Notes under the pieces: generated by a model | Seen by the model: only the letters and a program-made list of their open reading frames with translations | What the model was told of the DNA's origin: nothing | Database searches by the model: none | Made by a program: the position numbers and the translations under genes | Shown: in pieces, positions 29,043 through 40,480 of the stretch | How the letters are laid out: the number at the start of each line of letters is the position of its first letter | Numbering within the stretch: the stretch's first letter is position 1 | Origin: an uncultured Acidobacteriota bacterium | GTDB lineage: Bacteria > Acidobacteriota > UBA6911 | NCBI GenBank assembly: GCA_963827655.1 | Contig: CAWHCF010000007.1 | Coordinates: 1-64,000 of the forward strand | Length of the DNA: 64,000 bases | Direction of reading: 5' to 3'

Positions 29043-32000
29043 ATGATGAATCGATGCAGTCTGCGGTTGAGAGTGGGGCCGGCCCTTTGGCTCGTCTTGA
29101 TCCTCCTGAACTCACCGAGCACTTCTGGCCAGTCTCAAATCACAACCGGGACCATCCAGGGCACAATCACGGACGAGCGCGGCGGCCCATTGGCCCAAGC
29201 AACGCTTGTCATCAAACATGTCGCGACCAGCGCCGAGCGAACGGTCATCACCGACAGCCAAGGGCGATACACAGCGCCGCTCCTGCAAGTAGGAGATTAC
29301 GAGATTACCGTCAGCGCTACCGGCTTCGGCACGGTTGCCAGCAAAGGTTACACCCTTGCTCTGGGACAGACGCTCACGGCCAACTACACCCTCGCTCTGG
29401 GACAGACTGTCACGGCGGTGACAGTCCCGGAATTCGAAGAGGTGATCACGGTGACATCGGAGGCACCGCTGATCGAAACCTCGCGTGTGGAGACTAGCAC
29501 GCTGGTCAACGCAAGGTCGGTTGACAATCTCCCACTCAATGGCCGGCGCTTTCTCGATCTGGCGTTCCTCACGCCTACCACGGGTCAGGAACGGGAGCGG
29601 GGGCAGCTTTCGCTTGCGGGACAGCGCGGGATCAACAGCAACATCAACATCGATGGCGCTGACTTCAACCAGCCGTTCTTCGGGGGGCAGCGCGGGGGGG
29701 AGCGTACGGACGATGCCTTCGTCATCAGCCAGGAAGCAATCCGCGAGTTCCAGGTCATCCGCGCAGGTTTTTCGCCAGAGTTCGGACGTTCGTCGGGAGG
29801 CGTCGTGAACGCGATTACGAAGTCGGGCGCCAACGACTGGCATGGGGGGGGATTCTATTACCTGCGCCACCGGGAGTTCGCCCCCCGAACGGTCTTCGGC
29901 GACGACGTGGCTCCGGTGCGCCAGCAATTTGGCGGCACCTTGGGAGGTCCCATCCGCAGGGACAAGACTTTCTTTTTCGCTGCCTATGACCAGCAGGCTC
30001 AGCATCAAGCTCTGGTGGTGCGCTTCAACAATACTGCCGGACTGCCAGCGGACCTTCTTGCCCGGCAGGGGGTCTTCGAATCCACCAACGACGTCCATAC
30101 GCTTCTCGCCCGAATCGATCACCAGGCAACGAACAACACCCGGATCACCGGGCGCTACAGCTTCAGCCGCAATCACGCGCTGAACGGAACGTTCACGGGC
30201 GTTACCACAGGGGTGCTCGACAACAACGGCACCGAGCGGGACCTCACCCACACGGGAGTATTCAACGTCAACACGCTCCTTTCGGCACGGGCGTCGAATG
30301 AGTTCCGCTGGCAGTATTCCTATGAGGAGCGGCCGCGCCTGAATAACGGCGAAGGCAGTGACTTCACGCCCACACTGGGCCCGCAGGTCCAGGTTTCCGG
30401 ATGTTGCTTCCTTGGTGGAGTTTCTTTCCTGCCCACCGTCCAGGACGACTCCCGGCTGCAATTCGCCAACAACTTTTCGTATCTCAGGGGCGCTCACAAC
30501 TTCAAGGTAGGCTTCGACTGGAACCGGGCTCACACCGACCAGATCTTTCGCTCGAACTGGCGGGGAGTCTATATTTTCAATACCATCGCAAACTATCTGG
30601 ATAACCTGAACCGCGTGCCAGGGGCTGCTGCCGACCAGTTTCGCGTTTTCTTCGGTCCCGGGACTTTCGATGCCAATCAGCACGACGTCGCCGGGTTCTT
30701 CCAGGACACATGGAGGGTTCACCCACGACTCACGGTGATGGGAGGGCTGCGTTACGAGGCGGAGTTGAATCCACAGCCCGTGAAACCCAATCCTCTGCTC
30801 CCCGAGACGGCTCGTATCCCGAGTGACAAAAAAGAGTGGCAGCCGCGCCTGGGGCTGAGCTGGGATCTGTTCGGCGACAGCAAAACCGTATTCCGGGCTT
30901 CGTCGGGCCTCTTCTACGCTAGGACGCCGATGCTGCTCTTGAATCAGGCATTCAACGCGAACGGAAACCCTGATGTCGGAGTGAGCTTTACCCTGAATGC
31001 CACTCAGATCAGGCAGGCGCGCACCGTCCGTCCGGAGTTCGTCTTCCCCTTCGTCCCTGATACGTCAAGCGCGGCGAACGCTTCGTTTTTCACAGCTGCC
31101 GGCATCGCGGGCCTCAGGCCTGATGCCTCCTTCTTCGCCTCCGACTTCAGAAACCCCCGCACGTTCGGGGCAACGCTCGGGCTCGAGCGTCTCGTGGCGC
31201 CGGACCTCGCGCTTGCGCTCGAGTGGATACACTCGAACACCGTGCAGCTTGAACGGATTCGCGACGTTAACCTGGCTCGACCAGACATGGGTCTGGACAA
31301 CTCCTCGCCGCCGGTCTTGCGGCCACTGTATAACGTATCCCTGCGCCCGAACCCCAACTTCAATATCCTGCGCAGCCAGGAAAGCAGCGCCCGTTCCAAC
31401 TATGACGCCCTGACCCTTTCGCTCAACAGGCGTTACGCAAAAGGGTACCAGTTCCTCACCTCGTACACTCTAGCCTATAACCGGGACGACGACTCGAACG
31501 AGCGCAACTTCGCCGGCATCACGTACGAGGACGCCTTCAACATCAGAGAAGAGTACCGGTGGAGCCGCAATGACATTCGCCACCGCTGGGTGTTCAGCGG
31601 CATCTATGACTTGCCGTTCGGAATCCTTTCCTCGGGCATTCTGACCTACAGCTCCGGACTTCCGTTTAGCGCCTTCACCGGCACAGACAGCAACCGAGAT
31701 TCTCAGTTCACGGATAAACCGATCATAAGCGGGACATCGCTGTTGCGTAACGCGTTTCGGCAGCCAAATTTCTTCAATGTTGATCTGCGGGTTTCGCGGT
31801 CCTTCAAGGTTCGCGACCAGAGCGCCCTCGAACTGATTTTCGACATGTTCAACGTCCTGAATCATCGTAATTTCTTTTACCGCGTCTCCACTAACGAAAG
31901 CAGTACGGCAGCTCTGGGCTCGGTCTGGGGTCCTGGCCAGAGCCCACTCGCTACCTTCCGGACAATCCGCTCCCCGGACGGCACTTTCAACAGCGACACT

Positions 32001-32054
32001 GCCGGTGTCGCTTCCCCGTTCCAGCTGCAGGCGGCGCTTAGATACCGCTTCTGA
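29043..32054 (+). CDS. TonB-dependent receptor with carboxypeptidase regulatory-like N-domain
   Basis: Signal peptide; GTIQGTITDERG, LPLNGRRF, EFGRSSGGVVNAITKSG, QDTWRV, PRLGLSWD, C-terminal QLQAALRYRF. Confidence 0.93.
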   Translation: MMNRCSLRLRVGPALWLVLILLNSPSTSGQSQITTGTIQGTITDERGGPLAQATLVIKHVATSAERTVITDSQGRYTAPLLQVGDYEITVSATGFGTVASKGYTLALGQTLTANYTLALGQTVTAVTVPEFEEVITVTSEAPLIETSRVETSTLVNARSVDNLPLNGRRFLDLAFLTPTTGQERERGQLSLAGQRGINSNINIDGADFNQPFFGGQRGGERTDDAFVISQEAIREFQVIRAGFSPEFGRSSGGVVNAITKSGANDWHGGGFYYLRHREFAPRTVFGDDVAPVRQQFGGTLGGPIRRDKTFFFAAYDQQAQHQALVVRFNNTAGLPADLLARQGVFESTNDVHTLLARIDHQATNNTRITGRYSFSRNHALNGTFTGVTTGVLDNNGTERDLTHTGVFNVNTLLSARASNEFRWQYSYEERPRLNNGEGSDFTPTLGPQVQVSGCCFLGGVSFLPTVQDDSRLQFANNFSYLRGAHNFKVGFDWNRAHTDQIFRSNWRGVYIFNTIANYLDNLNRVPGAAADQFRVFFGPGTFDANQHDVAGFFQDTWRVHPRLTVMGGLRYEAELNPQPVKPNPLLPETARIPSDKKEWQPRLGLSWDLFGDSKTVFRASSGLFYARTPMLLLNQAFNANGNPDVGVSFTLNATQIRQARTVRPEFVFPFVPDTSSAANASFFTAAGIAGLRPDASFFASDFRNPRTFGATLGLERLVAPDLALALEWIHSNTVQLERIRDVNLARPDMGLDNSSPPVLRPLYNVSLRPNPNFNILRSQESSARSNYDALTLSLNRRYAKGYQFLTSYTLAYNRDDDSNERNFAGITYEDAFNIREEYRWSRNDIRHRWVFSGIYDLPFGILSSGILTYSSGLPFSAFTGTDSNRDSQFTDKPIISGTSLLRNAFRQPNFFNVDLRVSRSFKVRDQSALELIFDMFNVLNHRNFFYRVSTNESSTAALGSVWGPGQSPLATFRTIRSPDGTFNSDTAGVASPFQLQAALRYRF

Positions 32055-32250
32055 CGACCTAACCATTCGCAGCCGTCCGGTCAACCCGCAAGTCCCCAGA
32101 AACGAATTGATTGAAATCGTCGGGCCTGGAGTAGAGTAATAATTCCTGATTGTTCGCTACGACCATGTGTGTGGAATTCCGCCGCTGTGCTTAAGCGGGT
32201 CGACTTGATTTAGAGTCAGACAGCCGAAAAGCAATCAAGGACGAGCGAGA

Positions 32251-32391
32251 ATGGCCGACCTGAGCGAACAAGTTGCGCTCTTGACTGGTGCCAGCCGTGG
32301 GGTAGGGCGAGGTGTAGCTCTCGGTCTTGCCAACGCCGGTGCGACTGTTTTCGCGACTGGTCGAGGCATCAAGCAAGCGACATCGGTGTAA
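32251..32391 (+). pseudogene. N-terminal remnant of an SDR oxidoreductase
   Basis: MADLSEQVALLTGASRGVGRGVALGLANAGATVFATGR, then premature end. Confidence 0.75.
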
Positions 32392-32474
32392 GGAAAGCCG
32401 AGCTTGTCTCTTATGAATGCGCGCAGCGCTTCCGGTTCGGAAGAGTAGAACATCGTATGGACGCCTTTGATCAC
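32378..32474 (-). pseudogene. N-terminal remnant of a VOC/glyoxalase family protein
   Basis: MIKGVHTMFYSSEPEALRAFIRDKLGFPYTDV after an AGGAGG-type RBS; continuation is antisense SDR sequence. Confidence 0.7.
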
Positions 32475-32648
32475 CTCAACCTCCTTTTTGCACTCTCCGT
32501 CAAGATGCTTCGCGTTTCCTGGTGTCTTCGAGTCTTCGCGGTTAGTCGAAAATGCCGCCTATAATGACACAAAAAAACGCGCAGAAACCAGCCCACCAAC
32601 CATCCTGACTCGTGATACCATAACAGCCAACCGTCTGAAGGGGCCGCA

Positions 32649-34638
32649 ATGAACATTTACCGGTTTGCAATTGCCCTCGCTACTCGTCTTCACGTCGAGC
32701 GCCGCATCGGCAAGTCCGTCCGCCGATCGCCCGGTCGCCGAGTGGGTCCTGAGGCTGGGAGGAAGTGTCGTCGTAGAGGGCGGGCGCAACCCGATCTGGG
32801 ACGTGGCCGGCTTGCCCGCCGGCGAGTTCCGGCTGCACGCGGTCAATCTGGTCGGTGTGGTTACAGAGCCGCGCGAACTGGCCCGTCTGGGCGAGATAGT
32901 TCACCTCAAGGAGCTGTATCTCAGCGGCCGATTCTGGCACAACGTCCCGGCCCGGCAGTGCGCAGAATCTTTGCGCCCGCTGGAGGCGCTCACGAATCTG
33001 GAGAAGCTTTTCATCAGCTTGCCGGTTCAGACCGACATTCCGATCGAGGACGACGGGATTGCGCACCTGGCCGGGATGCAAAATCTCAGAGAACTGGGCC
33101 TCGATCGGCTTAAAGTAACCGGAAGGACGCTCGGTCCCCTCAAGCAACTCCGGTTCCTCGACCTCAGCAACACCCGCCTGGACGACGAAGGGATCAAGAA
33201 CCTGGAAGGAATGACCTACCTGACCAAGCTTTACCTGCGCGATACACTCATCACCGATAAGGGGCTCGAGGCGCTGCGCGGACTTCATAACCTGGAAGAG
33301 CTCGATCTTAACGGGACGCGGATCAGCGATGAAGGGCTTCGGCATCTCGCGGGGCTGACCCGATTGACGAAACTAAAGCTGTTAGGCGCCGCGCTGACTG
33401 ACGCCGGGCTCGACTTTGCGACGGGTATGACCGGACTGCGCGAGCTTAATCTTTACCGAACCCGGATAACCAACGCAGGCCTGGAGAAGCTGAAATCCTT
33501 CAACCAGCTTCAGGAGATCGACGTGAGGTATACCCTGGCGACCCGCGGCGGAGTCGCTTCGCTGCACGAGGCGCTGCCGCAGTGCCGGGTTACTTTTTTC
33601 GATTCCTCCGGAGGCCTGGCAGCACGCCAACACTCTGTCCCCGCCGGCAGCGGAACGAAGGCACTTCCGCAATGGGTGCAATCGATGGGCGGCGTGGTCA
33701 CTTCGGCGGGCGGGCGGATCCAGGAGATCTCACTCCGGTCCACGGCGGTCTCCGATGCGGACCTGGCAAATCTCGCCGCTCTTCGCGGGCTCGAGCGCCT
33801 GGATCTCCAGGCCACTGAAATCAGTGACGTGGGAATGCAGCATCTGTCCGGGCTCGAGGCGCTCGTCGCGCTCAATCTCAACAATACGATGGTCTCGGAC
33901 GCCGGCCTCGCTCACCTGGGAAGGCTCAAGCGGCTGCGCACCCTTAGCCTGGATCATACCCGGGTGGTTGGATCCGGGCTGGCACATCTACGGGGGTTGA
34001 ACGGCCTCGAGGAACTATCCCTGTCCGGGACTGCCGTAAATGGTCCCGGGCTAACTCACCTGGCTGCGCTCACCAGTCTCAAGCGGCTTTCGCTCGGTCA
34101 CTCCGAGCTGACTGATGACGGTCTCGCCCCGCTGGCCCATCTGAGCAACCTGCAGGCACTCGATCTTGCCGGAAGCGATATGGGCGACGCCGGGCTCGCG
34201 CACCTTCAGTCGCTGGTCGGTCTCACCGAGCTTTCGCTCAGCCACGGACGCTTTACCGACCGCGGGCTGCAACACCTGGCCGGCCTCGCCAGCCTCGCTC
34301 GCCTGGCTCTGGTAAGGACCCGGGTCAGCGACGCCGGTCTGGAAACCCTCGGTGGTTTGAGAAATCTCACCAGCCTGAACCTCGATTACACCGCCGTCAC
34401 CGACAAAGGGCTGGCTCACCTCGGCGCGCTCGATCGATTGGAGGAACTGGGGCTCGATAGCGCCGCCATTACCGACGCCGGAGTCGATTCGCTCAAGCGG
34501 CTTGCGAACTTGAAGCGGCTGAATCTCTACCATACGCTGGTCTCAGACAATGGCTACCGGGACCTGAAAGGCGCGTTGCCGAACTGCCGGATCGTGTGGG
34601 ACCGCGATTCGAGTCTCCCCAACCGTCGCGGGAGTTAA
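32649..34638 (+). CDS. Exported leucine-rich repeat protein (24-aa LxxLxLxxTxVTDxGL repeats); probable +1 error near 32675
   Basis: About 20 LRRs in two blocks; removing one C gives signal peptide MNIYRFAIASLLVFTSSAASA. Confidence 0.85.
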
Positions 34639-34644
34639 TTTTTG

Positions 34645-35707
34645 ATGGTGCGCACGATTGTTCTTTTGATCGGGTTGTTCACGGCCACGGAAGTCGACGT
34701 TGCCGACTGGGTGACGAGTCGTGGCGGCGAGGTCATCGACGACCGGAATGCCGGCATCATCGGCGTCAGTCTCCGCGCCAGCTGGATCACCGATGGGGAC
34801 CTCGAAGTCATCGCTCGCCTCCCCCATCTCAGGACGCTGGATCTTTCCCTGACGCAGATCACGGATCTCGGCATGGAGCGGCTGAAAAACCTGCAAGAAG
34901 TTTCTCACCTGAATCTGTACCACGCCGAGCTCATTACCGACACGGCCGTTGCTCACCTCAGGGGGTGGCGCAGGCTGGAGCGTCTGAACTTGAGAGGGAC
35001 GGACGTCACCGACACGAGCCTCGAGTACGTCGCGAGCTTCACGAATCTGAAAGCGCTGGACGTCAGTTTCACGCAGGTAACGAACAATGGCATTGAACAC
35101 CTGGGCGCCCTGGTCGAACTTCAAGAAATCGCGCTCGGCGGCAACAAGGTCACTGGCGCCGGATTGCAGGTTCTGCGCGTCCTTCCCAAGCTCACGAAAC
35201 TAAGTCTCAACGGCACCCAAAAAAGAAACTCAGGATTCTGGTCGGTTTCACTGACCGATTTCGATCTGGACGTGATCACTGCTTTCGTCCGCCTTGAGGA
35301 CCTCGATTTGGGCGGCACGAAGATCACGGATCCCGGCCTGGGCAAGCTCAAGACCCTGCCGGGACTGCGGGTGCTCGATTTGAGCCGGACCCAGATTTCA
35401 GGCAAGGGAATCGAGCAACTAGCCGCTCTTCCCAACCTGGAGCGGCTGAACCTCTGGCAGGCAAAACGGATCGACGACGCTGCGGCCGCTCCGCTCGCGG
35501 CGTTGCCCAGGCTCGCCATACTGGACCTTGCCGGAACGGCTATTTCCGACACCGGCCTGGAAAAACTCCATGCGCTAAAATCGTTGCGCAAGCTGTTCGT
35601 TGGGGGCACCCAGGTGACGGCTGCCGGCGTGGAAGCCTTCAAACGAGCGCATCCAACCTGTGAAGTCAGCGCGCAGGTTCAGAATCAAGACGGGAAACAC
35701 ACAATGA
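34645..35707 (+). CDS. Second exported leucine-rich repeat protein (appears fused to the next gene, likely by an indel)
   Basis: Signal peptide [14 protein letters not shown]; LRRs; ends near HPTCEVS; a TGA in the +1 frame (35705) overlaps the next ATG (ATGA). Confidence 0.72.
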
Positions 35708-37680
35708 AATGGGGTGTCCATCTTTCGGTCGCCCTGATAGGCCTGCTAGGCGCCTGGGCGCGACCCAACCCTCAGCTGGAGCCGGGCTTTTTCTCGAAGA
35801 ATCTCTATCCCATTTTCGAGAAGGCGAACTGCCGCACATGCCACTCGGAGGATGGTATCGGATCCGCTACACGCCTCCAGTTTCCGCCCGACTCGGCCGC
35901 GCCGGACGATATTGAGGCTTTCGGCCACAGGCTCGTCGCTCTCGTGGATCGGACCAATCCTGAAAAATCACTCCTGCGCAACAAGCCGACCAACCGTGAG
36001 AAACACACGGGCGGGAAAGTCATCGCTCCCGGAAGCGAAGAAGAGCGAGTCCTTTTCACCTGGGTCGATTACCTTGCGCGTCTCGATCCGGCGCAGGCGG
36101 CCGCCGTTTCCAAGCAGCGGGACCCGACGCCTCCCCAGCCGAAGCTCCATTCCATGCGGAGGCTCACCCACAGCCAATACAACAAGACCGTCCGGGATCT
36201 TCTAGGGGACCAGACGGAGCCAGCCGACCATTTCCCGTCCGAGGACTTCGTCCATGGCTTCAAGAATCACGCCGAGTCGCAGCGGATTCCGCCTCTGCTG
36301 GCGGAAGCATATAGCGTGGCGGCCGAGAGGTTGGCCCGCAACGCCTTCAGAGGCGGCGACGTCAATCGGTTGATTCCGTGCCGTCCGTCTTATGCGACCG
36401 ATAGCAGTTGCGGCGCTCAGTTCATCCGCCGCTTCGGTCTAAGAGCTTATCGCCGCCCGCTGACCGAAAAGGAATTCCAGCGCCTGGCGGACATTTTCGC
36501 CCAGGAGACCGCGCGCACCGGGGAATTCCTGAAAGGCGCCCAGCTTGTCGTCGAAACCATGCTGCAGTCGCCGAATTTTCTGTTCCGGACCGAACGGGAT
36601 GCGCCGGGTCTCGAAGGCTACTACATGGCGAGCCGCCTTTCGTATTTCCTCTGGGACAGCATGCCGGACGATGAGCTGTTCGCGAGTGCAGCTTCGGGTG
36701 AGCTGCTCTCGCCCGCAGGAGTGGAAAAGGCCGCGCGGCGGTTGCTCGCCGATTCCCGGGCGCGCGCCGGGCTGGACGAATTCACATCGCAGTGGCTGCG
36801 CTTCGACCTCGTCCTGAATACGGTAAAGGACCGCCGGCTCTACCCGCAGTTTACGCCCGAACTGGCGCTCGCCATGACGGAAGAGACGAAACTGCTGGTC
36901 CACCATCTGGTTTGGAACGATCTGAATTTCATGGAGCTGTTTACTGCCGGTTATGCGTTCGTTAATTCGGAGCTGGCGTCGCTCTATGGAGCGCCGCCGC
37001 CCGAAACCGAGTTCGGACGGGTCGATTTCGGCTCCGGATCCGATCGAGCGGGAATTCTCGGGTCGGGCGCGTTTCTGGCGGCGACCAGCAAACCCGAGGA
37101 CACGTCGCCGACTGCACGCGGTCTTTTCGTGCGCGAGCATTTCCTTTGCCAGCGCATACCCGATCCTCCGCCGGGCACTAACAGCAACTTGCCTCCGATC
37201 AGCGAATCAAAGCCGCAGACCAATCGGGAGCGATTGCAGGTCCACATGGCCAACCCAAGCTGCGTCTCATGCCATAGCCTCATCGACCCGATCGGAGTCG
37301 GCCTGGAGAAGTTCGACGCGATCGGAAAACGGCGGGAAAAGCAGCTGCTGCAGTTCATACCGGATGCGGTGCTGGAGAGGCGCAGCGAACAAAGGAAGAC
37401 GATGGAGCTGCCGCTGGAAACGGGCAGCAGCGTGACCGGGATTCCCGATTCCGATTTTTCGTCGCCCAGGGAACTGGGTAAAGTGCTCTCCGCCAGCCCC
37501 GCCTGCCAGGAATGCGTGGTGAAACAGCTCTTCCGATACGCCCTGGGCCGGCAGGAGACCCCCGACGACACCACGACCATCAAGCAGGTGTGGGCGGCAT
37601 TTCGGGACTCGCAATTTCGCTTCAAGGAGCTTATGATCTTGCTCGTGAAGACTCCTCAATTTCGCCTGGGAGGGAGTTAA
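35704..37680 (+). CDS. DUF1592/DUF1588/DUF1585-type (PSD/PSCyt) c-type cytochrome protein
   Basis: Own signal peptide [19 protein letters not shown]; CRTCH and CVSCH heme motifs; [56 protein letters not shown]. Confidence 0.88.
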   Translation: MKWGVHLSVALIGLLGAWARPNPQLEPGFFSKNLYPIFEKANCRTCHSEDGIGSATRLQFPPDSAAPDDIEAFGHRLVALVDRTNPEKSLLRNKPTNREKHTGGKVIAPGSEEERVLFTWVDYLARLDPAQAAAVSKQRDPTPPQPKLHSMRRLTHSQYNKTVRDLLGDQTEPADHFPSEDFVHGFKNHAESQRIPPLLAEAYSVAAERLARNAFRGGDVNRLIPCRPSYATDSSCGAQFIRRFGLRAYRRPLTEKEFQRLADIFAQETARTGEFLKGAQLVVETMLQSPNFLFRTERDAPGLEGYYMASRLSYFLWDSMPDDELFASAASGELLSPAGVEKAARRLLADSRARAGLDEFTSQWLRFDLVLNTVKDRRLYPQFTPELALAMTEETKLLVHHLVWNDLNFMELFTAGYAFVNSELASLYGAPPPETEFGRVDFGSGSDRAGILGSGAFLAATSKPEDTSPTARGLFVREHFLCQRIPDPPPGTNSNLPPISESKPQTNRERLQVHMANPSCVSCHSLIDPIGVGLEKFDAIGKRREKQLLQFIPDAVLERRSEQRKTMELPLETGSSVTGIPDSDFSSPRELGKVLSASPACQECVVKQLFRYALGRQETPDDTTTIKQVWAAFRDSQFRFKELMILLVKTPQFRLGGS

Positions 37681-37684
37681 AGCC

Positions 37685-39008
37685 ATGCGCGTTCATCTGT
37701 CACGCAGGACGTTTTTGAAAGGGATCAGCCTGTCGGGCGTCGCCGTCCAGGTCGGACTGCCCCCGCTGGAGGCCATGTTCAACTCCAACGGGACTGCGCT
37801 TGCCGAGCGCGATGCCGCGGGCAAGCCGATCGAGTCCGAAGTCGAGTCGCGATTCGTGCTCTGGTTCAATGGCAATGGAATTCCCGAGAGTCACTGGATT
37901 CCGAACGCGACCGGACCGGACTACAAGTTCACTCCGTGCCTGACTCCGCTCGCCCCGTGGCGCAACGACATCCACGTGGTTTCAGGGCTGGACAATCCTG
38001 CCGCTCGCCTTCCCGGGCCGGGCAACGACCACCATCGCGCCATGAGCTCCCTTGTCTCCGGCACGTCCTTTACCGGACGAGGCGCCGGGGGGCCATCCAT
38101 CGATCAGCTAATTGCAGCCAGGATCGGAGGAAAGTCGCGCTTCCGTTCGCTCCAGATCGGCGTGTGCCAGGAATCGCACGGCGACAGCATCCACAGGAAC
38201 ATGAGCTGGGCAGGCTACGACCGCGCTCTTCCTCCGGAACTGGTCCCGCAGAATCTCTTCAACCGGATTTTCGGAGCTCAAGGAAGAAAGCTGGGTCCGC
38301 CGCAAGAAAAGCATTCTGGACGCCGTCGGCGACGAGGCCGCGGAGCTCCAATCGGAACTCGGCACCAATGATCGCGCGCGGCTGGACGAGCACCTGACGT
38401 CGATCCGGGAGCTCGAACACGCGATCGCCAGTCTGCCTCCGGAGTATAGCAAGATTGAGGAACCGGAGAGCGGCGGCGATCCGAAAGACTATCCACGCAT
38501 TGCCAAGATCCAGACCGACCTGCTGGTCCACGCTTTAGCTACTGGGCAGACCCGCGTCGCAACCTACATGCTGACCAAGTGCCAGAGTCTGGTCCGGCTG
38601 CCGTGGCTGGGATACACAGCATTGAGGCACCACGACTATACCCATACCAAAGCCGATTCGCCCGAGGGGCAGCGCATCCTGCGCGACATTTGCCGCTGGC
38701 ACGTGTCGGAGTTTGCCTACCTGGTCGCGAAGCTCAAGTCCGTCCCGGAGGGGGATGGAACACTGCTAGATCACTGCTGCCTCCTCTTCGTTCATGAGCA
38801 TGCGGAGGCGAACCCTCACAAGAATAACGGACTGGCGGCCATCGTGGCGGGGCACACTGGCGGGCTGGTTACCGGAACCCACACGAAGGTTACGGGCAAG
38901 ATGGGCGATCTCTTCCTGACCGTCGCCAACGATGTCATGAAAGCCGGCCTCGACGGATTCCCGACTGCCGACAGGGCGCTGGGTGAAATAGTTCGCGCCC
39001 AGAGCTGA
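37685..39008 (+). CDS. DUF1552 family protein, Tat-exported; one apparent +1 frameshift near 38279
   Basis: LSRRTFLKG...[43 protein letters not shown]; frames join at GAK/EESW. Confidence 0.85.
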
Positions 39009-39111
39009 CTCGAAATCCTGCGCGCCCCGGGTTTTTGCGTAGTTGGGGTTGCCGCGCTCGATGATTGGGTTGCGGCTTTTCTTCTGCCACAATCGGTTTC
39101 AAACCCTTATT

Positions 39112-39846
39112 ATGAAAAAGAAGACGGCAATGGCGTTTGGGCTGTCGCTCCTTTTCGTCCCTGGTTCCGTCTGGCAGACTCCATCTGGTAGCCAGGAACA
39201 AGGGCAGACTTCTCCCCTCACAACCAAGTTTCAGTTCGCTCGCGTGCAATTCAATTCCCCCATGGGTCGCCGGTCGGCGGGGTGGGCGCATGACTATCCG
39301 CGGGCCGATCGACACTTTCTCACCATCCTGGCCGAGGTGACCAAGGTACAGACGACTCCAGACTCCTATGTCATCGTGAGGCTGGATGATCCGGCCCTCA
39401 TGCGATACCCGGCGCTCTATTTCAGCGAGCCCGGCACCTGGGCCATCACACCAGAGGAGGCCAGGAATCTGCGCGAATACTTTCTACGGGGAGGCTTCGC
39501 AATCTTTGACGACTTTGACGGAGCTTACCAGTGGAACAATTTCCAGAACTGCATCAAGGAGGTGCTGCCGGAGTCTACGCTGCAAGTCTTGACCGTCGAA
39601 CAGTCCGTGTTTCAATGCTTTTTCCAGATAAAAACGCTCGATATGGTTCCTCCCTACGATGTGGGTGACAAGCCCATCTTCTACGGAATTTTCGATGAGA
39701 AGGAACGCCTTCAGGTAGTGGTCAATTTCAACAATGACATCGGGGATTACTGGGAGTGGTCGGACCATTCGCTCCATCCGATCGACCATTCCAATGAAGG
39801 ATACAAATTCGGCGTCAACTATGTCATCTACGCGATGACCCATTGA
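39112..39846 (+). CDS. DUF4159 domain protein
   Basis: FQFARV, WAHDYPRAD, LREYFLRGGF..FDDF, NNDIGDYWEWS, GVNYVIYAMTH. Confidence 0.85.
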   Translation: MKKKTAMAFGLSLLFVPGSVWQTPSGSQEQGQTSPLTTKFQFARVQFNSPMGRRSAGWAHDYPRADRHFLTILAEVTKVQTTPDSYVIVRLDDPALMRYPALYFSEPGTWAITPEEARNLREYFLRGGFAIFDDFDGAYQWNNFQNCIKEVLPESTLQVLTVEQSVFQCFFQIKTLDMVPPYDVGDKPIFYGIFDEKERLQVVVNFNNDIGDYWEWSDHSLHPIDHSNEGYKFGVNYVIYAMTH

Positions 39847-39943
39847 GATCCCGCACGCAAATGAAGAATCTTCTCGCCCGAATAGACCGACTCCTGATCA
39901 AACCGAGACCCGGCCAAGCGCGGACTGGACTTTGCACCGTCTC

Positions 39944-40480
39944 TTTTGGAGTGCTCACAAGCTTGCTTGCGCCTTGTGTTGCGGCGGCTTGCCCGTCGCC
40001 AGCGCGGTGCCGGAGATGTTCTGAGCCCACTCCGCAGTGGCGAAGCTAGAGCTTCGCCAAACTCAAGCGCGTGAGCAAGTTCTGCAAGCCGTACACACTA
40101 TCTTGACCAATGGCCGATAACGAATGGGTACGCCCAACGTCGCGCCCTGAAATGGCGAGTCTAATGAGACTGTGCAAGGACTACGCCCGGGCAGTGCGGC
40201 GACTAGCCGTCTGCTCCCGGCGATGCTCTATGCACCTCAAGGTTCAAAGGCATGCGACTACGTGATTCCGAGGCGCCGAGGCCCGTCGCCACAGCGTGCT
40301 CCAAAGCAATGTCTGCGCCCCTCCAGGGCGATCTGGGGCGCGAGGCTCATAATACCCGCCCCAAAACCCCGGGCAGCGCTTCGCTTGCTCCGGGGCTAAT
40401 TTCCGCCGCCCCTCCGGGGCGGAATTGCCAAGACCGTAAGTCGCGTGTAAGGTTCAGAGCAAGCTACCGCACTCCAAGCT
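39944..40480. repeat. Cluster of REP-like palindromic elements
   Basis: ttttggagtgc..caagcttg (39944) and caagctaccgcactccaag (40460); gcgaagctagagcttcgc hairpin; gcccctccagggc / gcccctccggggc pair around ccccgggc..ccggggc; related aagcttgcgcactccaaag at ~4352. Confidence 0.55.

Noticed and set aside
29349-29408. Duplicated YTLALGQT segment in the TBDR N-domain
   Set aside because: Short in-frame internal duplication with no evidence of functional significance.
29112-30722. Long antisense ORFs (536 aa here; also 41460..42695, 15979..16953, 18766..19713)
   Set aside because: Antisense shadows of well-supported genes, as expected in GC-rich DNA.
34642-37680. Novel LRR-DUF1592 fusion protein (1012 aa)
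   Set aside because: The second half has its own ATG and signal peptide, and an overlapping TGA sits in the +1 frame. One inserted base, the error type seen elsewhere, explains the fusion.
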